Shown: in pieces, positions 33,960 through 45,750 of the stretch
Numbering within the stretch: the first letter of the stretch is position 1
Layout: every line of letters begins with the position of its first letter
Source of the DNA: Albugo candida
Taxonomy: Eukaryota
Reading direction: 5' to 3'
Length of the DNA: 64,000 bases
Assembly: GCA_040437565.1 (NCBI GenBank)
Contig: JBDOQK010000002.1
Location: forward strand, 620,001-684,000
Position numbers and translations under genes: made by a program
The notes under the pieces: model-generated
Database searches by the model: none
Told to the model about the DNA's origin: nothing
The model's input: only the letters and a program-made list of their open reading frames with translations

Positions 33960-35807
33960 ATGACAAAAAATCCACTGGAAGATGCTCTTGCCGCAGCTTT
34001 GTCAACATTACAACCGGAATCCGGACGGAAAGTTCACAGGAAAGAGATGAAGAGTAAGACGAAAAACGCTCAAGCCGAAACGAACAAGCAACCAAGTATT
34101 ACAGCACCCACAAGAAGGAAGAGAAACTTTCGCGAGTTTGTGCGCGATGAAATTGACTCAGAGGTTGCGCTTCCAAAACTCGTATGGAAGAATCAAAAGT
34201 TGAAACGTACACAAGGCCAAAATCTTTCGAAGCAACCGCCTGGGATCAAACGGACCAAGAATGAAGAAGCAAACACGCTAAAGAAAAGTACAAAGTCCAG
34301 TGGATTGTTGAAGCCACCTTCTGTGACATCCATAGCTAAAATGAAGGATGGTACCATTGCTGGAACCAAAATCGAAGTAACCTCCGCAAAAAATGCTCAG
34401 ATCGGCGCAAACAGAAACAACCGAAGTGGTGTTTGTGCAGTAATAGCTGATCACGGAAAAACTTCCTTGGATGCCCATTCTGACAGAAAACATGTTACTC
34501 TAGACAAACAATGTGACAGTGCAGCTCTCAAGGTCGTACCTACAGGGATAGAGGCTTCACGGAATAAGAAAAAGAAAGGAAAGAACAGGAAATGTGTGAT
34601 GAAATCCAATCTCGAAAGCTCACTGGGCGAGAAAAATGAAAGCGACTTGGCAAACAGAGCAATGGCAGAGTGCAAGGTTACCAAGGCAAGAGAATTAGTA
34701 GATAAAAGCATCGATAAAATCCACGATCAAGATCAAAGCATCTCTGACAAAGAAACAGTACCAGCATCAGGACTGGAGGCAGCACTTCATCAAGTTGATG
34801 GCAATGATTTTATATCTGTTAATAACAAGTCGAAAGATGAAAAGCAATGTCCGGCGTTGCAGGATACTGTCGAGATGCACGATGTCTTTTCGAAGCTCAT
34901 TGACCAAGCAGCACGTGATCAATGGGAGCTACAAGATGTAGGCAGGCTTGTCCGTTTATTTGCTTCGACATGGGACCTTGATGGCGAGAAAACGGCCGCA
35001 TTCGTGCTTCAACATTGTCCCGAACTCGTAAATTTAGACTTTCTGGAAGGCCTCAATCTCAAATTACGCAACGCTGATATATTCAACATTTTGGATCATG
35101 GCTCTGGAAATCTGAATGTGTTGCTGAACAAAACCACCAGCCTCATCGAAAATCACGTCGTTAAGATATCAGATCCCGCATTTCTGTTTTTTCTGAACAA
35201 CATTCTAATCCCCCGTGGAGTGGAAGAGTTCCAAAATAGTGATAGCGTGGCAGAATCTATCGAGCTGTCCCATCAAAATGGCATTATAAATACATTGTCA
35301 CAAATCATGGAAAGCTGTACCCACGTGCGGGATGTTGGTGTGCTTTTGCAAAGCGTGTGTAAAGATTGGCCATCCGACCATATTGTTTCTTTGGTACAAG
35401 CGCTTCTATTGAGCTCTGTGTTTGATGATTTGGAAGGTTCAGACAGGGAATTACTAGCATTTTTGCCTCGGGGCATTGAAGCACGACTGGAATTCCCAAA
35501 CAGGATAGACGATGAGGATGCTGATGAGAATGGAAATCTAAAGGGCTGGATTGTTGACGATGAAGATGGCGAGATTGACACAAAAAGGAATAACACTTCC
35601 AGTGGCTCAGACAACGATAAAGATGATTCCGATTCGGACTCTGCAGTGCAGAGTGGTGAGTCTGACTCAGACGACGAAAAAGCATCAGCCGGTTGGAACC
35701 GCCAAAGAGGAATTGCTTCTAGTCGTTTTGTATTGGATGAAGCAGAAGAAGGCGATGAGAGTGAAGACGAAGATGATACGTCTAAGGAAATCAGTGACGA
35801 CGACTGA
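33960..35807 (+). CDS. hypothetical nuclear protein: basic N-terminus, helical core, acidic tail
   Basis: Uninterrupted 615-aa ORF; NLS-like RNKKKKGKNRK; acidic motifs GNLKGWIVDDE and RFVLDEAEE. Confidence 0.8.
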   Translation: MTKNPLEDALAAALSTLQPESGRKVHRKEMKSKTKNAQAETNKQPSITAPTRRKRNFREFVRDEIDSEVALPKLVWKNQKLKRTQGQNLSKQPPGIKRTKNEEANTLKKSTKSSGLLKPPSVTSIAKMKDGTIAGTKIEVTSAKNAQIGANRNNRSGVCAVIADHGKTSLDAHSDRKHVTLDKQCDSAALKVVPTGIEASRNKKKKGKNRKCVMKSNLESSLGEKNESDLANRAMAECKVTKARELVDKSIDKIHDQDQSISDKETVPASGLEAALHQVDGNDFISVNNKSKDEKQCPALQDTVEMHDVFSKLIDQAARDQWELQDVGRLVRLFASTWDLDGEKTAAFVLQHCPELVNLDFLEGLNLKLRNADIFNILDHGSGNLNVLLNKTTSLIENHVVKISDPAFLFFLNNILIPRGVEEFQNSDSVAESIELSHQNGIINTLSQIMESCTHVRDVGVLLQSVCKDWPSDHIVSLVQALLLSSVFDDLEGSDRELLAFLPRGIEARLEFPNRIDDEDADENGNLKGWIVDDEDGEIDTKRNNTSSGSDNDKDDSDSDSAVQSGESDSDDEKASAGWNRQRGIASSRFVLDEAEEGDESEDEDDTSKEISDDD

Positions 35808-35949
35808 TTGCTTACTTGATCTACTCGCTTTGATATAAATGCGTTAGCTGCATGAACATGACGGTGTTCATGACTGAGTCGACATAAGGACAGAGTAGAT
35901 GAGTGATCTTGTTTACTAATAAGAATATGATATACACGGTTTAATACTA

Positions 35950-36415
35950 GCTACAATCACATGCAAACGAAAGTATCAGGGTGATATACAACACATAGCA
36001 AATAGCTTGAATAGAATTGTGCCGAAGAACAGCTTCAAGACACACATCGAAAGCGTGGTCTCGCTTCCAAAATACCAACAGCTAAAATGAATGCGAGCTG
36101 GTATATGCATAAGAATGTGTAATTTGTACGAATGAGCTCAACTATCCGCAAGATGCCGATCACATGTATCAAAGTGAATATCCGAGCGCTTTTAATAGCT
36201 CGATACTGCAGCCCCATTTCGTATTTTTTGAATCGCACGAATTGATTGACGCCAAACAGAGCTAATGTTGAAGTAGTACATGTGTTCAGGAAGCCAAGCA
36301 GAGGTTGGTACGCCCTGACGTGCGACAAATTTCATCATTTGTTGGCAATCCAAGGAATCACTAAGTGTTGTATGCAAGATGGTACCTGCGTGCTTTCGAC
36401 TTAAAGCAATACATT
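35950..36415 (-). CDS. possible small spliced membrane protein
   Basis: MYCFKSKAR|RAYQPLLGFLN... with a GT-AG intron and hydrophobic segments; 3' structure unresolved. Confidence 0.3.
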
Positions 36416-36578
36416 AGAAATGCACTATATCAGTCTTGAATGAGATAAGCAGAGTATACGAGCAGCCAAATGCTCATTAAATCGCAACCAGAAAGGTCAA
36501 TATATCGTCATATCAATCTTCAGATCGTGTAGAACGAACAAGCATCGATATCGCTGCTTATCTGAAACATTCCGCGCA

Positions 36579-37981
36579 TCATGACCTGAAATGTTTGATG
36601 TTTTCGAAATGTACTGCTGCCGCTGCACCAATTATACCGGCATCATATCCGGTCGATGATTTTTTGATACTGACCTAAGCAAAACAGTGAGCGATGCGTC
36701 GCAGAAGGAGCTCAATCATTAATCTGACCCTATTTGGGAATTTTGTCCAAGAATACTTTACAGCAGCTTTTCTGATCAAGTCGACAAAGAAATTCCCTGC
36801 TTCTGCTAGCCCTCCGGAGAATAGAATGAGCTACGTAGATTGCTAGATTAAGTAAGACAAACAATGCGAATCGTTTAAGCGTCATGCACCTCAGGATCAA
36901 GTATTCGACTCAAGTTGACACAGGCAAACCCCAAGTAATCCGCTGCCTACTCCATACATATTAGAATAGGAGCAATCATGAACAAGATGTTACCTCCTCA
37001 ACGATATCCATGCACATTCTATCACCTTCCACAGCAAGCCCAAAAATCATTTCAGCCGTGATGGTCTGGTCGTGAGCGTCAGACAGCTTCGTTGGGGTTC
37101 CTAAAGTCATTCCTTGATATACCACATTATATAAGCCGAGCTGTCCAACCTGCTTTGAGTTTCATCTTTGCACAAGAAATTAGAGCTGTGGCGGATGCGT
37201 AGGCCTCCAAGCATCCACGTTGACTGCAACCACATTGACGACCATCCTTCTCGATAATCTAAAGTAAATACAGTTCTTCAGTTTTTGAGGTCTGGCTTGG
37301 CACGAATATCAAACCATATGTCCTCCCTCCAAAAGGCCATGTGCACCTCGAATGAGCTGCCCATCTATCACCAAGCCAACCCCAATGCCAGTACCTAGAG
37401 CTTCAATCATCAATTGTAGACTAAAAAAGAAGCATTTATGACCCAAAGTGTACTCACTGATCATGATGAAGCTCTGTACATCTCCTTTGGCAGCTCCAAC
37501 CCATAACTCTGCTAGAACAGCTGCGTCAGCGTCATTGAGTATCTCGACCTATATTAGGTTGTAATTGATTTAGTTCTTAAACGGCGCATCGCCGTGGAAA
37601 ATCGTACACGTTGATCAAAACGTTCCTGGAAAAGCTGCTTTAGAGGAACATTCACCCAAGCGGGAAAATTAGCGGCTGCTTGGAGTACACCGTATTCATT
37701 GATCTGTCCCGGGCAGCCTATCCCGATTGCGAGTAGGTTGTCAACACTTTTGTCTAGCTACGCATTTGCGCAGAGACTGGTAAAGTCTAAACTAAATATA
37801 TGCATGACTTCCTCACCGCTTGCAGTTGTTCTATGAGCATTCTATGAGATACTGTTACCGCATCCTGTGCTGTCGTGAGTTGGGAATCGATATTGATAAA
37901 GTTACGAATCAAAAGGTTCCCTCCCAAATCAACAAGACCGAGTTTGATAGCAGAGCCTCCGATATCAATGCCAGCGTACAT
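36579..37981 (-). CDS. ROK-family sugar kinase (glucokinase-like), about 8 introns
   Basis: GIDIGGS, IGIGCPG, LNDADAA, TLGTGIGVG, EGGHM, CGCSQRGCLEAYAS, DAGIIGAA. Confidence 0.92.
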
Positions 37982-38569
37982 TTCACGGAACTTGCTGTAC
38001 GCTTCAGTGATATTCCAAAAGCTCAATTGCCTGTTTTTTTTTCACATTTCCTAGTGATTTACATGATGTTACAATAGCTTTCTTAAAACTTAAGCCAAGA
38101 TGTATTCCAATAGTCCAAGGTAGTGGGCAAGTTTAGCGTTTTTGACTATCGGTAATAGCGTCACATATTTTTGTACCCTGGAAACTTGTAGGCAAAGGAG
38201 ACGTGCGATAAAGTTTGAAAGCCGTCTGTGAGAAAACTGGTATGGAATGTGCCGTCAAACTGTGAGCAAACTGAACGATCGTTATCAGAGACTCGTCAAA
38301 CCATCATTGCTCCTATCTTCGTCCAGAGTGGGATGATCCTCATAGACCGCATCACTTAATCATGACGATAATCGTCATTCAGTGGATAAGATTCTAGAAA
38401 TCCTGCATCACATGTTACTGCAACGACATTGTATTGATGCATACTGACAGCCGAGCACTGATTCGATCGCCATCCGCCATTATGTCTCTCACCGATCGTG
38501 ATTATTCCATCGGCCGTATACATTCATACTAGAAGAACCTGAGCTTGATCGAACATACTAAAGCTAGAA

Positions 38570-39477
38570 TTAGGCGTTATTGAGCCAAAGCGATGGTGAA
38601 GACGCTGCTGAATGGGTCGATGGCGGCACGCTATTACAGTTTTATGTCGATGCACTAACTCTGGCCCGTTCCGGTCATCATAAGTGCTTAGCATCGCGTA
38701 CTACACAATCAAATTCAACAAATTTGTAATCCGTATACAGTGACCGCATTGATTTTTGACTATCGGAAATGAGGAGCATCCGTTGCATTGATCCGAAGCT
38801 AAACAGGCGATGAAGAGAAAAGAAGTTATGACGTCGAAAATTCATGTCTACTCACGTTATCAGACTATATGGTCAGCTCCCTGAGGCAACAAAATAAATA
38901 AGAGACGTGTCTTGCTAGCCGTTTACACCACAGTATTCGCCGAATGAACTGTATCTTTATAGTCAACAGCCGTCTATATCACCAATACGCTTGAAAAGCT
39001 TTTCATATCATCTCGAAATCTATTGGAAACAGTATCGGGATTTAGAGAATGCGTCTGACAACAAATTGCTTTTGGCTGCTTTTGTCGCAGCATGCTATCC
39101 GAGCGCTTCTTAGGCGGGCTGCAATCCTCAAAGTAGCATTCCGACTAATATTATCTTAGTCCCATACATATATAGCAGCGAGACAAGCACTGTCGGCATT
39201 TGATAATAAGGCTCGAGCAGCTCGGAAGATACTTTCAGGTAGAAAGAGGGAAACCAGCGCGCAACGTTACAGGGAATCTCGGACGACTAATCGGGGAGAA
39301 AAAATCTCGAAGGTGATTTGACTCGTCCGTGCAGAGCAGCAAATCAAACGCGTATCGAGTATACGTGTTGAAGAACTTTGCCTCTTTACCTTTCAACTGA
39401 CACAAGCCAGCAAGGAACGCAAACTTATGGAAATGAGACTCAAGAGAGCGAAATCAAGCGACGGAGTGCTCGAATAG
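38570..39477 (+). pseudogene. possible decayed coding sequence
   Basis: Long protein-like frames broken by isolated stops (e.g. ...KISKVI*LVRAEQQIKRVSS...); no family recognised. Confidence 0.25.
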
Positions 39478-39919
39478 CGATACTTTGACAGCTGCTGCTA
39501 GAAGGAGCTGATTAGGAAGTACAACTCACATAAATGCAAGTCATATAGTCAGACATAACTCACAAAACTTATGTGAACAAAAAGTGAAACAACCGAGATA
39601 AGTGGTTTACCAGAGACATAAGGTGCAGCGTTTGTGGAAATTGCACTTATCACGAAGATGAGAGGGACCCGATAGCTTAGAACCGTGCAGGTAGGACATT
39701 TGGAACTCGTATGGCGGGCATTTGAGTATGACTCGTCTGTGCGTAACCATCAAAGGCGAACGAAGACGTTAAGTGTCCAAAGTGAAAGATGATATATCCG
39801 AGAAGAAAGCTCGACTTGTATCATGCATGAAAGGGGCTTCACTGGAAAAGATATAAGCGTGTGGAGCAAAAGAAGATTGTGTCTTGAAGTCAAAGTCACT
39901 GACAAAATATTGAGCGGGA

Positions 39920-41090
39920 TCAAGCACGAGAAAAAACCATACGGACAGCGACTATAATGCAGAAGCAGTACAATATGAGGCAAACATCATCGAATGATGC
40001 GCGTATCATTCGAAAGATTACTACGGAGGAAAAGATCAGAATTGGAATACGTAGACAGTACATTAGAATTTGGCACACAACCTTTGAGTTTCGGACGATT
40101 GCACAAGAGCATGGATAAAATAAATCCAAGATCTTGCTCTTCTGCAAGTGGGACAGCCGAATTGCCAAATAGCTTTCGGAAGGCTTCAAACATCGAAGTC
40201 GTTGTGTATCGAATGATGACGATGGTCGCTATCAATGGAGGAGACGTGATAAAGCGCGGCATGGTTTGATCAAACCAGCCAGTCATGCTTTCTTCTTGAT
40301 AAATGGGTAATGAGTATGAGTCCATTTTATCCAACTGAGTTTTTTCCTGAATAGAACGTGAGAAAAAGCGATAAAGTCGAGAAGAAGCTCACATCATCTC
40401 GACCAAATTGCTGACGAATAGAATCGTCGGACATTTGGCCTCGGTAGCTATTTATGAAGTGCCTCAGAGCTTCTGGAGCCGTGTCTAGAGAATCATTAAC
40501 AAATTGTATGGAGAGAGGTATAGGTATTCACATTACCGATCTGTAAGCTCCGAATATCAAAAGTGAGCGCTTTGAAAACAAACGTTGGTATCATCGCAAA
40601 CGGATGTGAATACAAACACGAAGACGAAACCTGTTGTAATAGCGAAGCCGACGAGAATAGCGCGGGCAATGAATTCTTGCGTTAGTAAAAGCCGTACTTG
40701 AGGGCGACAAGAGCCCATAATTGCTGAGACGCACGTTCGTTTCCTTTCAGTAAAAAGTGATGTTTCTTCACTCTTTTCTGTAAAAATCATCTGATCAAGT
40801 AACTTCTCCTCTTTCTTTCTCCGTCTTGCAATTGCTTCCCTTCTTCGTTCCACCGGGTCTACTCGAACTAGATTATGCTTCACTTCATTGGGATCGTTTT
40901 CGATATTCTCTTTTGCATCTACATCTGCTTCTTTTTTGCTTCGTTCAGACGAATCCAGCATATCTTTGTTCGATGAAATCTCTCCAGTGACTAACTTCAT
41001 CCTACCCTCGCCATTTTGAAGAATTTTTGCGCGCCGCACCGCTCGTCTATCCGCTGCGGACATCCTTTCGATCGAGGTCACTTCGGTCAT
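39920..41090 (-). CDS. GET2/CAML-like ER receptor for tail-anchored proteins, multi-exon
   Basis: N-terminal RRAVRRAKILQNGEGRMKLVTG basic motif; hydrophobic C-terminal helices ending FDDVCLILYCFCIIVAV. Confidence 0.7.
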
Positions 41091-44000
41091 CCGTACACTA
41101 TACACTTTGACAATTTACTGTAGGTGAAAATTGCAATGCAATCACGGTTAATGAAATTCTGAGGGTGCACACTATGTACATACACCATATAGACCACAAT
41201 GTGAGGAATGATCTATCAACATGAGGAAGCGAACAAAGTCTGGCAATCAAAAGTGTAGATGCAGTCTGAATGCAAGCACATGGCAAATCGACATGTGCCT
41301 TCAAATCGCTGCCGTCAGCTTGACTACCGAGTGTAGCTGAGTGCATATACGATCGTGTATAGCTATCGGTCTGCTCATAGATGTCCGCGTAGTTCAGTAG
41401 GTGTGAATAAGAGATGATCAGAAGCGATCAAAGTAACGTAGTAGCCCAATTTTCCCGCTGGCTGGAGAGATTCCGATAGGCTCCTGAAGACCACTGAAAT
41501 TAATCCGCTTCAAAAAAAGAGTGATCGCAATGGCTGGACTTCGTAGACATTCTTGGCATCACATTTTCTGTGCTTTCGACGTCTTTTTCTTTCTGAAGGG
41601 TATCCTCTAACTCGTAGACGCCCCGAAAAGACACGTCTTTGATCGCTGTGAAGTGAGTTTATCCAATGGAAGTCTTCAATTTCACACGAGGGGTTCACAC
41701 TTCCACCTTTATCCTCGCATTGATCGTTTTTTTCTGCCGCTTCAGTTGTTCCGAAGTACCTAGAATTATAACTGCCGGCGTGGTGTATTTGAGTAAGTGT
41801 CCTCTATCAAGTCAGCTGGGATGAAAAACTACTCTGAGAGGAGCTCATGTACACAACTTCTTGTAATCTCTCCTTTCACAATTTTGTTTCAAAATAGCGT
41901 GTCCACGATCTATGTGAATCCGGCCACAAAAGGATTTAATGGAAGCTATTCGACCAGTATATCTCGAACATTGCGACGCACAATTCTGATCATACTGTAC
42001 TTGCAATAAGAAGGCCAAGGCTTGATTGCACGATGATAAATAGTGGTGAAATTCAAGTGACCGACGCCGATTAAATCGCTTAAGTCGTTTGCGCATTTTG
42101 GTACGGATAAGATCTGGACCAAAATTGACCGTCAAAGGACAGCAGCCGTCTTTTTGAGAGGACCGACGTTCAAATATTTAGATATATACCAGGCTGCATT
42201 TGGTTAGCCCCTAAAAAACGACATGTTTGTTAAGCTAGCGTCCTCCTCGAAGCGGATGCGTCGGAATGTCCGCATACGGCTTTTTCCCACCCACCACATA
42301 TGTATGGTTCTATTATGTGGTCAGATGAAGAAAAATGTGGACTGAATCGATCCGCGTGTACAACGGTGGAGGCACACCTGTCATGTCTTCGTCTACGTGA
42401 ACCAAGGATCGTTGCGATTCAGACTGACGATATTCTGAGAGTTGATTTCGAAGATAAAAATGCGAGGATGAATTGAATGATATTAATTATGATGCAAGGG
42501 GCCTGTGACTTTTATAATCGAGACGAATTGCAAATAGTGAGCAGATTGCGAATCAGAAGAAATAATTTAATTCGTACGAGGAGTTCGATGCTCTGCGCAA
42601 TTCACCAGAAGTATTACGAAGCGGCAAAAAAGCCCGTTAGTCTCACATACATGTTGAAAGGATTGCGTCATAGATATCGACCTTAATAACAGTCGCCACA
42701 AATTCCGGCTGTACAGGATTTTAACCTCATCCTACGTCAGCTGCGAAGTATTTGACAGTAGACCACGGTTTGCATCTGACAGATATGTTCGAACTCTCTC
42801 TGGAACATATAGGCCGACTCAGTAGAAGTAGAATACACTTTGATAATATGTGTTTCATTTTATCAAAAGGCAAGGTTATAAAGAGCGACCGATGACATGG
42901 ACTTTCCCGTATGATTTCGCTTTCATTTGCTTCTACGATGCTATACTTACAATAGAATCGATAAAAGTCAAATATAAGAGTTCCTTACCGATGGGGTTAG
43001 CTCATCAGGTAGATTAAAGCTATCCCACTTGCGTTGTTTTGAAACTTGCAACGTGTTTTCGTGTACGTCGCAGCCGAACCATACGTGTAATACAATGTAA
43101 CAATCTCCATTTTTTCTTTTGAACGAAGCTCGGCATCGTTCAAGATGTATTGTGGATTCAATTAGCAGTTTCTATGCCCTTTATCGTAAGGATGCGTTTT
43201 TGCCTTGCGGCTACTGCCCCGAACACCTTACAGCCGGATGAAATAATAGCAGTCTCAGGCTCTATAGCGTTCATCTAAAAAGATGATTTAGACCGTGACG
43301 ATATAGAAGCATTAAATGCTACTTCTGCTGCGAGTCAGCAAGATTAAAAATGTACTGTCAGTCAATCTATAAGGGTAGCCTTGTAATTGAAGTTTGGCGT
43401 CTACTCGAACTCTTAGAGGCCAGCTAATTACTCGTACCTGATCGATGCTTTGATTGTGTCAAGCGTGCTCTTGTTGGTCTGCATAAGCTAGCTTATGTGT
43501 ATAGGGATACCCAATGACCAAGTATTCTGTGTATCAGGAAGATTGCGCTACTTTGAATAAGGTTGAGATTGATGGAACTTACGAAAGCTTGTGAATCCCT
43601 TTTCTATTCGTATTTGACCCATAAAAGCAGTAGATGGGCTAGGGAAGAAATACACGCTCGTCAAAAAGGAAGACCGTCGTAATAGAAATAATAAGTCAGC
43701 CAAGGTCAAGAAAAGCCGGCTTGAAAACACTGCGGCATGTCATACTGACTACTAGACTTCTCTAAATCCAGTCCAATTCAAGTCACCCATGTAAGAGTTT
43801 ATCGATTTTGTACTCGATGCGGACGTAGTGTCTTTTTGAAATCAGGCAGTTTATGAAAATGAGAGTCGCAGTGTGTCAAAATTTTTTCCAGCACGTGTCT
43901 GATTTTCCAGATGGCTTGCGGTGTACGTTGATGAGTATGCGAGAATGTGAAGTGTCATTAGAGTCAATTTTGATGCAAGATATATAGATTTCTTGCAATA

Positions 44001-44230
44001 TTGTTAACATTTTCACTTCCTTTTTCTTCGATCAATGATGTGGTCTACCGTGACTCTATAAATGATGTTTAGTGCCCACCTTTCAAATTTCGAATTTGCG
44101 GTATGGAGCTCAAACTTTAACATCTCATGTTCCTGGAGTACACATAATGCAGGCACTGAAGAACTGAATGTCTCGTGTTTTTGTTTGATTGTAATCAGGT
44201 TGTTTGAATGTAGCTCGACTACACAATCAT

Positions 44231-44587
44231 ATGGCACTTTGGAACGTGAATGATGTTCGGATTGAGACGGAGTACGCCACTTTTCAGAAAGCCCACAAAG
44301 CCGATGTCGTAGTTCTTTTAGTGCTTGTTATATTTTTCATGGTGTTTTATGTTGTTGGTCGCTTTTGTATGTCATCTCGTAACTCTATCAAGAAGCAATG
44401 GCGCTACTACCCAGGCAAGAGTTTGGACCATAAAAAAGCAGCTACCAGTTATGATCAAATCGTACAAGATAATGAGATGATTGAACCCTTATTGAAAACC
44501 GCAATGTCTCAAAAGCAAGTAACCGAGGCTATTAATCATGAGTCAAGGGCACCTTCAGCACCTCCTCTACACTATCTCCATAGCTAG
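44231..44587 (+). CDS. small single-pass membrane protein with PSAP motif
   Basis: TM VVVLLVLVIFFMVFYVVG followed by a basic stretch; C-terminal APSAPPLHY. Confidence 0.65.
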   Translation: MALWNVNDVRIETEYATFQKAHKADVVVLLVLVIFFMVFYVVGRFCMSSRNSIKKQWRYYPGKSLDHKKAATSYDQIVQDNEMIEPLLKTAMSQKQVTEAINHESRAPSAPPLHYLHS

Positions 44588-44893
44588 ATGAGATTGAGAC
44601 ACAATATATACCTTTCGTATTAGCTGATTTGGATTTATTGATCATAAATTGATCAATGTATCAGAGATCCTCAGTGAAAATTCCAAGACTGGTATGGTCG
44701 GATATTAATGCGCAATATGCCAGAATAAAGTAATTATAAACTTATATATTTCCATACAGAACAGCAGGCGCTAGTAAGGTGTTCTTTTCGCAACAAAACA
44801 TCGGGTTGCAACACTCATACGGATATTACTAAAATAAGACCGGATGGCCATCTTCGTGTGTGCACGAATGAGTACGCATTCAACGTATCACTC

Positions 44894-45667
44894 ATGACCC
44901 TCTCGAGCGTTCAAATTGGATTAAACCCTCACGAATCAAAATATACATTGACATATGGAGCTGGACTAATTCTTGTGTTGGTCGGTCCTTCGTTCCTGCT
45001 GAAATATGAGCAGTATGCTGTGCAGCAAGTCGGAAGTTTGTTTGTATTCGGGCTCATCAGCTTTCTGACTTTTATAGTGCTATCAAAGCTAACGCAAATC
45101 AACATCATCAAAGTCTCCAGGGCACAACAACCGTCTCCGATAATGCACCGATCGCTTTATTCGGCGGTCCCTGCCCCCATGCGACCTATAATTCGTAAGC
45201 GGCGATTGGCGAGACTGAGGATAGCACCTCCAAATGTAAATCGTGTCGCTGACGATCAGCGGAATCGAGCAGAAATGGATTTGGCGTGTGCTAGTATCCG
45301 TGTGGGTAAAGCCTACCTCCGATCAGTCCCAGGTATACCACAAGTGCAAGACTACTACATTGTTCGGGTGGATTGTCGTCAAGGCTCTGGTCAAGAAAAG
45401 CATATGAATCCAGTTGTCATGTGGGATCTCAGTGCCTCCATTCGTGAATTCTACCGTTTGCGAGAAAAATTGGCCATTGAGGTTCAAAAAAAGCATAGAA
45501 ATGTATCCATTCCCACTTTGGGGACAGAATCATACTCTTTCATGCAATCAAAACTCAATAATGATGTATTGGCAAAGCGGCGTGAAGTGCTGCAAGCATT
45601 CCTGACAGACATACAGCAAGATTTCGGGCAGACGCAAGCATTTCGTCAATTTTGCCAAGCGTTCTAA
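44894..45667 (+). CDS. membrane protein (2 TM) with C-terminal PX-like domain; start uncertain
   Basis: Two hydrophobic helices; YYIVRV...EFYRLREKL...IPTL...LAKRREVLQAFL...AFRQFC. Confidence 0.7.
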   Translation: MTLSSVQIGLNPHESKYTLTYGAGLILVLVGPSFLLKYEQYAVQQVGSLFVFGLISFLTFIVLSKLTQINIIKVSRAQQPSPIMHRSLYSAVPAPMRPIIRKRRLARLRIAPPNVNRVADDQRNRAEMDLACASIRVGKAYLRSVPGIPQVQDYYIVRVDCRQGSGQEKHMNPVVMWDLSASIREFYRLREKLAIEVQKKHRNVSIPTLGTESYSFMQSKLNNDVLAKRREVLQAFLTDIQQDFGQTQAFRQFCQAF

Positions 45668-45750
45668 TCGAGAGATTAAAGTTGAGGTGTGTTTGTTTGC
45701 GGCCGATGATGGCAACTTCCACGTGATATAATTGGTATTCCGCAACATTT

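Larger units (their letters stand above)
31506..34137. repeat. 1266-bp direct duplication flanking a 100-N gap (31506-32771 = 32872-34137), probable assembly artefact
   Basis: Offset 1366; identical ORFs in both copies. Confidence 0.9.
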
